A stretch of DNA of 64,000 nt from positions 11,160,001 to 11,224,000 of the forward strand of contig OZ024759.1 of NCBI GenBank assembly GCA_964016885.1. Reading direction: 5' to 3'. This document shows, one piece after another, positions 38,184 through 48,849 of this stretch. The DNA comes from Eledone cirrhosa (Eukaryota). The position numbers and the translations under genes are program-made. A model generated the notes under the pieces. The model ran no database searches. It was given only the letters and a program-made list of their open reading frames with translations, and was not told the DNA's origin. Positions within the stretch are counted from its first letter, which is position 1, and every line of letters starts with the position of its first letter.

Positions 38184-40420
38184 TCAAGGAAAACCGTGAT
38201 ATTGTCGGGGAGAAGTGTGTACTAAACGACGATGGCACACTTGCCATCACCGACGCTGATAAGAAGGTAGCTTGGAAGTGTCACTATGAAAGGCTACTAA
38301 ATGAGGAGAATAAATGGGAGAAAGACAGTCTCCCCCATATCGACCCAATAGAGGGACCAGCAGTGTTAGTCGAGGGGAGTATAATAAGTAAGGCAATCAA
38401 GGATATGAAGACGGGTAAGGCGGCTGGGCCTTCGGAAATAGTTGCTGAGATGCTGAAGGCATCTGGCACGGTGGGACACACCATGGTCACCCGCATAGTT
38501 AACCAAGTCGTACAGAATGGGGTTGTTCCGAAGGACTGGCATAGCAGCATCATCGTTAACTGTTATAAGGGTAAAGGAGACGCCCTAGATAGGAGTAACT
38601 ATAGAGGCATTAAATTAATCGACCAGGTCATGAAGGTCACGGAAAAAGTAATAGCGCAACTAATCAGAGAGAGAATTGACCTAGATGAAATGCAGTTCGG
38701 GTTTGTGTCAGGCAAAAGTACCACAGACGCTCTTTTCATAGTACGACAACTACAGGAGAAGTACCTAGCTAAAGGTAAACCCCTCTACTTAGCTTTTGTC
38801 GACTTGGAGAAAGCCTTCGACAGAGTCCCCCGCTCCATTATCTGGTGGGCTCTTAGAAAACTAGGCGTTGACGAATGGCTTATGAGGGCTATACAAGCCA
38901 TGTATAAAGAAACAGTCAGCAAGGTTAGAATTAACAACGAATATAGTGAAGAGTTTAGCGTAAAAGTTGGCGTCCATCAGGGCTCTGTTCTCAGCCCACT
39001 ACTATTTATTATTGCCCTTCAGGCTATAACAGAGGAGTTCAAGACAGGCTGCCCATGGGAACTCCTATACGCAGACGACCTGACACTCATAGCGGAATCA
39101 ATGGCCGAGCTAGAGAAGAAATTCCAAACATGGAAGCACGGCCTAGAGTCAAAAGGACTTAAAATTAACCTGGCTAAGACCAAAGTACTAGTTTGTAGGA
39201 AAGAAAACAAGGCGGCGGTCCCTTCTGGGAAATGGTCGTGCTCGGTGTGTAGGAAAGGCGTAGGTAGAAACTCCATTTTATGTCCTAAATGCAAAGTATG
39301 GGTGCATAAAAGATGTAGTGGGATCACAGGTAAGTTAACTAAGAACATAGATTTTACATGTGGCCGGTGCTCTGGTGCAATAAGTAGCAGCAAGTGCCCA
39401 CAAAATACTAGCTCTTTCAATTGCGCAGAGGGTTCCATAGAAATAGTGGACAGCTTCCGTTACCTGGGCGATAAAATCAGCAGTGGGGGAGGGTGCTCTG
39501 AAAGTACTGTAGCTAGAGTCAGAACTGGTTGGAAAAAGTTCAGAGAGCTTATACCACTATTAGCTGCTAAAGGGTTCTCCCTAAAAATGAAAGGCAGGTT
39601 GTACGATGCCTGCATACGAACAGCAATGCTGCATGGCAGTGAGACCTGGGCATTGTGTGCAGAGGATATACGCAGACTAGAGAGGAACGAAGCTTGCATA
39701 CTCCGCTGGATGTGTAACAGTAATATACGTGAACGGCAAAGCATAAACGAACTAAGGAAAAAATTAGAGATAAGAGGGATCAGATGTCGTTTACTCGAGA
39801 GAAGGCTACGTTGGTATGGACACGTGATGCGCATGAAAGTCGATAGCTGTATAACAAAGTGCAGGGCAATAAAGATAGACGGTAGTCACGGAATAGGCAG
39901 ACCTAGAAAAACCTGGGACGAGCTGATAAACTCCGACATCACACACTTACACCTCTCCAAGACAATGTCACTGGACCGAGACCTTTGGCGGTACTCAGTA
40001 ACAGAGAAGACCCACCTTACCTAAATATATAGTAAAACCTACTCCAGCCAGTAGGCATCTCTAACAAAATACACCCCGTCCCACCACCACCACCCCCACC
40101 CCATCCACACCACCCCGTTCTATGTAAAGTTATGTTGGTGCCGCGCCATCGAGGCCGAAACAAATGAGATCGTGTAGGTGTCACGACAAAAAAACACACA
40201 GTCCACGCTGTAATGTGGCCGTGTAGGCAACACGGTAAAAACCTCCCAGACCCACACTGTAAATGTGGTTGGTGTTAGGAAGGGCATCCAACTGTAGAAA
40301 ACCTGCCAGACAGTCCTATGCGAGCAAGACAATCACTCTTGCCTCAAGTGGGACTACCCCCGTCCAAACCCATGCAAGCGTGGAACACGGACGTTAAACG
40401 TTGATGATGATGATGATGAT
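38184..40420 (+). mobile_element. RTE-clade LINE, 5'-truncated
   Basis: RT ORF, about 380-nt 3'UTR, (GAT)n tail, inserted in a (TA)n field. Confidence 0.93.
38186..40024 (+). CDS. Partial RTE ORF2: reverse transcriptase with inserted PHD-like C4HC3 finger
   Basis: GKAAGP, NYRGIKL, QFGF, FVDLEKAFDRV, GVHQGSVLSP, YADD, FRYLG, HGSETW, RLRWYGHV, GRPRKTW; frame open from 38186. Confidence 0.92.
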   Translation, partial: KENRDIVGEKCVLNDDGTLAITDADKKVAWKCHYERLLNEENKWEKDSLPHIDPIEGPAVLVEGSIISKAIKDMKTGKAAGPSEIVAEMLKASGTVGHTMVTRIVNQVVQNGVVPKDWHSSIIVNCYKGKGDALDRSNYRGIKLIDQVMKVTEKVIAQLIRERIDLDEMQFGFVSGKSTTDALFIVRQLQEKYLAKGKPLYLAFVDLEKAFDRVPRSIIWWALRKLGVDEWLMRAIQAMYKETVSKVRINNEYSEEFSVKVGVHQGSVLSPLLFIIALQAITEEFKTGCPWELLYADDLTLIAESMAELEKKFQTWKHGLESKGLKINLAKTKVLVCRKENKAAVPSGKWSCSVCRKGVGRNSILCPKCKVWVHKRCSGITGKLTKNIDFTCGRCSGAISSSKCPQNTSSFNCAEGSIEIVDSFRYLGDKISSGGGCSESTVARVRTGWKKFRELIPLLAAKGFSLKMKGRLYDACIRTAMLHGSETWALCAEDIRRLERNEACILRWMCNSNIRERQSINELRKKLEIRGIRCRLLERRLRWYGHVMRMKVDSCITKCRAIKIDGSHGIGRPRKTWDELINSDITHLHLSKTMSLDRDLWRYSVTEKTHLT

Positions 40421-40585
40421 GATTATATATTATATATATACATTATATATATATATACATTATATATATATACATTATATATATATATACATTATATATA
40501 TATACATTATATATATATACATATATATATATACATTATATATATATATACATTATATATATATATACATTATATATATATACAT

Positions 40586-40616
<31 letters not shown>

Positions 40617-40787
40617 TATATATATATATATATATTATATATATATATACATTATATATATATATATACATTATATATATATATATACATTATATATATA
40701 TATATATACATTATATATATATATATATATACATTATATATATATATATACATTATATATATATATATATATTACATATATATATAT

Positions 40788-40821
<34 letters not shown>

Positions 40822-41908
40822 ACATTATATATATATATTATATATATACATTATATATATACATATATTACATATATATATTACATATATATATACATTA
40901 TATATTTATTAAAATAACAGATTAAAGTTCAAGCAAAGAATCGCTGCTTTCACCCTTAACGGGATCTTCTGAAACTAACAAAGTCAATCTGTAAACGCAG
41001 AAGTGGATATTTCAAAAAACGTTGCAACCGGAAGACAGGAAGACGATACTTTGGTTCGTGGAAACGTTCCCTGGCAAAGAACGGGAAAAAACGAATATAA
41101 TACGTCATTAATAGGAGCAGTGAAAAACAATTACACGCAAAGACAGGACCACGTTTAGGTATAAAAGAAGTCGTAGACTAATGTTCTCTTAGGTGGTTCA
41201 TAGAGACGTTCTCTGGCAATGAACGGAAAAAACGAAGATAATACATCATATGTGGAGCATGGAGAACAATTGCATGCAAAGACAAAACCACGTAAATGGT
41301 ATAGCTGAAGTCGTAGACTAAAATTCTAACTAAGGAAACCGAAAGAATCTCCGCTTCAGAGTAAAGAATAAAGTAAATAAAATACAATACAGAGGTAATA
41401 GAAATTAAATAAATACATATATGCATGCAAATACGTACATACACAAGCATACACGAAAACACTTGCCATAGGTATACAAAACCACGCACATATAAATGTG
41501 TGTGTGTGTGTGTATACAAATAAATAAATAATTAAATAAACGTATATAAATAAATAAATACGTATATAACAAGCGCACACACATACCTAATTGTAAATAC
41601 ACAAATGTTCAGAGACATACGTCAACCAAAACATGAAGTACACATATACACACACCCTACATACGTACAAACCCGCACACTCACACAGACGCAAAACTCC
41701 CGCAAAACACATAACCAAACCATATGTACCAGAATATATAAAATTATACGCCATAACATATACAATCAAATATACGTACGAGAAAGTATGCGTACCTTCA
41801 CAAAACATACAGGTAATATATACTTACCTATGCAAATAAGTAAAGGTATAAACATAACATATACTTAGCTACCACATCAAGACGTAAAATATCCACGTAT
41901 AGATCGTA

Positions 41909-42364
41909 CTATCCGTTAGGGTATAATGTGGAGCTGTCATACAGGAAAGTTTTGTGCAATTTATGTTTACAAGCCCAAATTGCCTCAGATTTTTTGTTTC
42001 AGATGTGGTCTGTGGCGTAGAGTATTTCCAGGGCCTCAGCGGCGCAGAGGTCTCATGGTCTTTTATTTCCGTTATACGATCTAGCCCTAGCTAGGATCTC
42101 CCAGTGTAACTTATATTAGGTGTGGTTGTCTTTTAGACTCCAGATATAAGCTGAAAGTGACGTCATATTCCTTCTTAGAGGGTAACGAAAAGAATGGGTA
42201 TGCATGTAAAGACGCTGCTTGAATCTATTGACGGTTAACCCTATGTAGTCCCTACGGGACGTGGGTGTTACAACCTTACATTTGTAGACAATGTTACTAG
42301 AGAGGCATTTCCCGGATAGGGGGCAATCAACCCGATTCCTACAATTACAGTTAGTACTGGGGTC
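41909..42364 (-). pseudogene. Penelope-like element GIY-YIG endonuclease fragment (Naiad/Neptune-like)
   Basis: CNCRNRVDCPLSGKC, IVY...YIG, FKQR..H..SF, TSLS.YIW.LK, then in frame W.IL...Y....P*DLC..E...*NKKSE...CKHK; three internal stops. Confidence 0.85.
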
Positions 42365-44060
42365 TTCAAACAATCAGTTTTTCTGTCATATATTTTCATT
42401 TTCTGGGGTCTTCAAACAATCAGTTTTTCTGTCATATATTTTCATTTTCTGGGGTCTTTAAACAATCAGGTCTTCTGTCATATATTTTCATTTTCTGGGG
42501 TCTTCAAACAATCAGTTTTTCTGTCATATATTTTCATTTTCTGGGGTCTTTAAACAATCAGGTCTTCTGTCATATATTTTCATTTTCTGGGGTCTTCAAA
42601 CAATCAGTTTTTCTGTCATATATTTTCATTTTCTGGGGTCTTCAAACAATCAGTTTTTCTGTCATATATTTTCATTTTCTGGGGTCTTTAAACAATCAGG
42701 TCTTCTGTCATATATTTTCATTTTCTGGGGTCTTCAAACAATCAGTTTTTCTGTCATATATTTTCATTTTCTGGGGTCTTTAAACAATCAGGTCTTCTGT
42801 CATATATTTTCATTTTCTGGGGTCTTCAAACAATCAGTTTTTCTGTCATATATTTTCATTTTCTGGGGTCTTCAAACAATCAGGTCTTCTGTCATATATT
42901 TTCATTTTCTGGGGTCTTCAAACAATCAGGTCTTCTGTCATATATTTTCATTTTCTGGGGTCTTTAAACAATCAGGTCTTCTGTCATATATTTTCATTTT
43001 CTGGGGTCTTCAAACAATCAGTTTTTCTGTCATATATTTTCATTTTCTGGGGTCTTCAAACAATCAGTTTTTCTGTCATATATTTTCATTTTCTGGGGTC
43101 TTTAAACAATCAGGTCTTCTGTCATATATTTTCATTTTCTGGGGTCTTCAAACAATCAGTTTTTCTGTCATATATTTTCATTTTCTGGGGTCTTCAAACA
43201 ATCAGGTCTTCTGTCATATATTTTCATTTTCTGGGGTCTTCAAACAATCAGGTCTTCTGTCATATATTTTCATTTTCTGGGGTCTTCAAACAATCAGGTC
43301 TTCTGTCATATATTTTCATTTTCTGGGGTCTTCAAACAATCAGGTCTTCTGTCATATATTTTCATTTTCTGGGGTCTTCAAACAATCAGGTCTTCTGTCA
43401 TATATTTTCATTTTCTGGGGTCTTCAAACAATCAGTTTTTCTGTCATATATTTTCATTTTCTGGGGTCTTCTAACAATCACGTCTTCTGTCATATATTTT
43501 CATTTTCTGGGGTCTTCAAACAATCAGGTCTTCTGTCATATATTTTCATTTTCTGGGGTCTTCAAACAATCAGGTCTTCTGTCATATATTTTCATTTTCT
43601 GGGGTCTTCAAACAATCAGGTCTTCTGTCATATATTTTCATTTTCTGGGGTCTTCAAACAATCAGGTCTTCTGTCATATATTTTCATTTTCTGGGGTCTT
43701 CAAACAATCAGGTCTTCTGTCATATATTTTCATTTTCTGGGGTCTTCAAACAATCAGGTCTTCTGTCATATATTTTCATTTTCTGGGGTCTTCAAACAAT
43801 CAGGTCTTCTGTCATATATTTTCATTTTCTGGGGTCTTCAAACAATCAGGTCTTCTGTCATATATTTTCATTTTCTGGGGTCTTCAAACAATCAGGTCTT
43901 CTGTCATATATTTTCATTTTCTGGGGTCTTCAAACAATCAGGTCTTCTGTCATATATTTTCATTTTCTGGGGTCTTCAAACAATCAGTTTTTCTGTCATA
44001 TATTTTCATTTTCTGGGGTCTTCAAACAATCAGGTCTTCTGTCATATATTTTCATTTTCT
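42357..44060. repeat. 46-bp minisatellite, about 37 copies
   Basis: Unit ctggggtcttcaaacaatcaggtcttctgtcatatattttcatttt; three main variants. Confidence 0.97.
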
Positions 44061-44461
44061 AAGCTTGTTTGACTCAGTTGTTTTCACTCATCTTGACAAT
44101 ATTTATCTTTCTTCCGCTAATTCATTACAACAACAAAGTGTGCGTCTGTCCGTCTGTCTGTCCCCCAGTTTGCAGTAGGTACACCTTGTCTTTGTGTCCC
44201 GTAAGAGGCAACTAAAACAGTTGGCTCCACCATAAGATGATGGTAACAGTGGAGACTTTGGTGTCCTTGGCTACCCTCCGACCACCTCACGACCATTGGC
44301 ACAAAGTTGGCTACCCACAGGTGTGAACTTTGTGAGCTGCAATAGCTCTTCCAACACGTCTCCCTCACCATCCTCTGGGGAAATGCCTTCTTTATTCTGT
44401 CCGCTGGGGCTGAAGGGCAGCCAGCGTGTGGACCCTCATCTGCTTATAATAGTGAGAGATG

Positions 44462-44492
<31 letters not shown>

Positions 44493-44570
44493 AGAGAGAG
44501 AGAGATGGAGAGAGAGAGAGATGGAGTCAGTGAGTGAGTGAAAGAAAGAATATCGACATTTATTTACCTA

Positions 44571-45119
44571 TCTCCTTATAATTTATAACCAGCAATTTCT
44601 CTGTCTGTCTGTCTGTCCGACAGTGGAAACACGTGCGCGCGTGCGAATGTTTTTTGCGCACGCGTAGAGAGAGAGTGAGAGTGAAAGAAAGAGACAGACT
44701 ACAAGAGGGGGATAGCGGGAGGGAGAGAGGGGGGAATTGAGGAGTGCTACAGAAACATATATACATTTCTGTGTGTGTGTAATATATATATATATATATA
44801 CACACACACAGAAATATATATATATACACACAGAAATATATATACATTTCTGTGTGTGTAATATATATATATATACACACAGAAATATATATACATTTCT
44901 GTGTGTGTAATATATATATATATATATATACACACACAGAAATATATATACATTTCTGTGTGTGTAATATATATATATATACACACAGAAATATATATAC
45001 ATTTCTGTGAGTGTAATATATATATATATATACACACACAGAAATATATATACATTTCTGTGTGTGTAATATATATATATATATACACACAGAAATATAT
45101 ATACATTTCTGTGTGTGTA

Positions 45120-45152
<33 letters not shown>

Positions 45153-45229
45153 GAAATATATATACATTTCTGTGTGTGTAATATATATATATATATACAC
45201 ACAGAAATATATATACATTTCTGTGTGTG

Positions 45230-45268
<39 letters not shown>

Positions 45269-45345
45269 GAAATATATATACATTTCTGTGTGTGTAATAT
45301 ATATATATACTAGCAGAAAACCACCCGTGGGCAGTTTTCTGCTAG
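44571..45345 (+). mobile_element. Non-autonomous Helitron (family H1)
   Basis: a|TC start, subterminal hairpin, CTAG|t end, no TSD; second copy inverted at 59655-60440. Confidence 0.75.
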
Positions 45346-45432
45346 TCTGTCTATATAAAAACAAAAATGTCTGTCTGTCTCTGTATGAAGTCGATGTATT
45401 TCCACAGTTTCCATCCGATTTTATTCAAATTT
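45346..45432 (+). mobile_element. 5' end of another Helitron-like element
   Basis: tctgtctatataaaaacaaaaatgtctgtctgtc...ccgattttattcaaattt, same layout as the start at 59654 (-). Confidence 0.5.
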
Positions 45433-45875
45433 GATAGATATATTTCTTTATTTGCCACAAGGGCACACAAGAAAAGGGGACAATACAAAGACATGCCGGG
45501 GATTTTACATACAGTCAGGTAAAAAATATAAAAACAAACAATTACAACAATCGAAATCCCCAATAGGGGGCAGGCGCCACAAATGGGTTGTTTAATACCC
45601 AGGAGCGTGTTGTGCAAGTGCTCCTTTCTTCCTTTTGCTCTCTTCTTTAACCTACAGGCTTATAAACAGAGAAGGCCCAATCACTCGGGCCATTTTCGCT
45701 TCATTCACCCACCTTTCAGTAAATTTACTGGGGTGCAGTGCCTCTCTCTCCACTCTGATTCTCCTTCTAAAGTGATACTTGAAGAAGGGAATCAATTGTT
45801 GTCCGGAGAAGTCCACTATATAACTTCTTTCACCATAGCCACCTTACAGAGGAAAACTGCCTCTCTTTCATTTTG
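45433..45875 (-). mobile_element. Tx1/L1-clade 3' fragment
   Basis: Reverse complement similar to the ORF end and type 1 UTR; tttgatagata on both flanks. Confidence 0.85.
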
Positions 45876-46180
45876 ATAGATAGGTTATTTAGCTCCTGCA
45901 GCATGTCAACATATAGTTTAAATCTTTCTCTCCCCTAAAATAGCAGAGTTCTGGGGTTATATAAAAATGGTCTTTATTTATAGTGGTGAAAGGAGTGCCC
46001 AGGCTATTTTGCTAGTACACCCTTGCAAGCAATGAAAAGTGGACGTAACATGATGATGATGATGATGATATATATATATGTATATACACCCATATATACA
46101 TATATATTTGTGTGTGTGTATATATATATGTGTGTGTATATATATGTGTGTGTGTGTGTGTATATATATATGTGTGTGTG

Positions 46181-46215
<35 letters not shown>

Positions 46216-46527
46216 ATATATGTGTGTATATATATATATATATGTATAATGTGTGTATATATATATATGTATATATGTGTGTGTGTGTATATATATATGT
46301 ATATATGTGTGTGTGTATATATATATATATGTATATGTGTGTGTGTGTATATATGTATATGTGTGTGTGTGTGTATATATGTATATGTGTGTGTACATAT
46401 ATATATATGTATATATGTGTGTGTACATATATATATATGTATATATGTGTGTGTATATATATATATGTATATATCTGTGTGTATATATATATGTATATAT
46501 GTGTAATGTATATATATATGTATATAT

Positions 46528-47152
46528 GGTAACATGTATCCCAGTACAACCTGTCTCATGGTCGGGTCGTTGGCGACTAAACTGGCAACCCCATCAAGGT
46601 TTCTTGGTGAGGAGGGTGACTTTGCATATCCTGCAGGACTAAAAACAAAACCTGTCAAAGGGCAAAGGAGCTCTTTCTTAAGAGCTCCTTTGCTCCTTTG
46701 TCCTTGGCCATCCAAAATCAAGAGCCAATGGCCATCCAAAATCACCTGGAGAGATGACCCCTTAGCCTTTGTCAAGGCAGAATTCTAGGAGAAGATAAAC
46801 TCTGATATAACACCTGCAACCCTGATGGTATCCAATGATGTTGACTTGTTCTTTTTGGTAAATATCATCTTGGTTAAGAGAGTGGGACTGGCTTCGTGCA
46901 GTGCTTTTGCTCACTATAAAAGCTTCACGGCACAGGCATTGCTTTATATCTGGAGATCTCTTTGCACTTGTCGTCACATGGTACCATGGGCCCAGCACTA
47001 TGTGTCAATAATTGTCACAAGTGTAGTGTTTGTACCAGAGTTTTCAAGTCGCTGGCTGAACTAAAAAGTCACACTCGTTCAGCCCATCGGTAGGGGTTCT
47101 CCTACATGGATATAAAGTAGTGGCCATACTCGAAAACGAGTTGGCAGCCACC
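46528..47152 (+). mobile_element. Bipartite RTE-derived element with small internal rearrangement
   Basis: Matches 21760-22333, with duplicated and inverted pieces at 46670-46745. Confidence 0.88.
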
Positions 47153-47197
47153 ATATATGTGTATATATGTATATATGTGTGTGTGTGTGTGTGTATA

Positions 47198-48502
47198 CAG
47201 GGTGTGGACGATATTTGTTCGCAAGATTACTGTCTAGGAAAAATTAACACAGTAGTTTTATTTTTTAAGATATATTTATCAAACTTGGGTCAGTTTGTCT
47301 TCATGACTTGTTCTTTCGATCTCACTCGATAAACCCACCATTGGCTTTGATGACGGCGTCAAGGCGGCCTCGGAACCAGCTACAAGCATTTGTCACTGTC
47401 CCCCGACTAAGGCCCCTAAAGGCACTTGTGATCCGGGCATTCAGATCATCTTTCGTATTGCAGCTAGATTTGTTGGTGTCTCGTTCCACTGCGCCCCACA
47501 CAAAGAACTCAAGGGGGTTGCAGTCAGGCGAGCTGGGAGGCCAGATGTCAGGTGTAGTGTGGTCGACAAAGTTCTCTGACAGCAGGCTTGGGTCTTTCGG
47601 CTGGTATGGCAGGGCGCTGAGTCTTGCTGCCACACGTATGGCCTACCTGCAGCTACCTGGTCGATCCAGGGCTTTACTACCTCGCTCAGAATGCGGATGT
47701 AGCCATCGGTGTTCAGCTTGAGGCCCTCAGGGAAGAAGTGAGGTGGCATGACGTCACCTTGACTGCTGACGACACCTAAGACCAATGTTGTCGCTGGAAA
47801 CTTTGTCTGCATGACTCTGGGCACGTCTCTGGATGAGACAGCGAGCCACCTGTTGTTCTGGGAGTTGATCTTCATGTCTTGGTAGAAGTTTTTCTCGTTG
47901 GAGAAAAACCACAGCATGTCTGGCTCCAGTGGGTGTTTCAACTTGTTGATCAGCTTCTTTACGTGCTTCACTCGCTTTTCTTGCATCGTTTTTGACAGAA
48001 ATTGTCCTTTCCTCATCTTGTATGAAACATAGCTAATGTCTTCATGTACCACCAGCCTAATGAGCTTTTCATCCACGCCTTTCTCCCTTGCAATGGCACG
48101 CATCGACTTGCTAGGTTCATTGTTGATGATATCCTAACTTCAGCGACGAACTCAGGCATTCTGAAGGCGTCAGATCGTCGATCATGTGTTTTCCTCTCTG
48201 ATGTTGCTTCGTAGTCGAATCCTGAATCTTCCAATTCCTTTGTGACCTTTTCCACCATTCTCCTGTTGACGCTGAGAAAGTCTGAAATTTCTTTATTTGT
48301 CCTCCCGGCATGGATTCCAAGAAGATCTCCGTGTCTCTTCCATAAATTTGGAGGTTCAAAATTATTCATAATCAATTATTCTGAAAATAAATAATGGAAA
48401 TATAGTCACTGTTTTTATGAAGACAAGAGTGACAACGGAAGTAAAACAAATTTGCATAAAATTAGCAGTTGAAAATTGCAAACAAATATCGTCCACACCC
48501 TG
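47198..48502 (-). mobile_element. Full-length (1305 bp) maT/DD37D mariner-like transposon, defective
   Basis: 27-bp TIRs cagggtgtggacgatatttgtt(c/t)gcaa, TA TSD. Confidence 0.95.
47322..48372 (-). pseudogene. Frameshifted DD37D transposase
   Basis: Three overlapping ORFs; WFFSNEKNF (D>N), WQQDSAPCH, WPPSSPDCNPLE; 37-residue spacing once the frameshift is repaired. Confidence 0.9.
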
Positions 48503-48849
48503 TATATATATATATATAAAGATCAGATTCTATACACATACATACAAAACCTCACCTTACTCTTCATTCAATAATAATAACAGTTGAAAGACTCCTTGAG
48601 AACAGACGATGCTGCTAATTCATTAAAAAACAATTAAAGAACTGAAATAAAGACTAATAGAAGAACTTAAAAAGTGTTTAATCTGTAAATATGAGGTTAA
48701 TAGTTTCATTGTTATAGACTAATCTTATTAATGACACATCTCGCATATTTAATTGTCTCAATCGACAGATTTTAGTTAAAACGTATGTAACACACAAACT
48801 GTACTTTTATTGTTTAACAATGGTATGGTGTTATCATCTCACACTGGAT

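Noticed and set aside
42357-44060. CRISPR array or repeat protein
   Set aside because: Head-to-tail units with no spacers; 46 bp is not a multiple of 3
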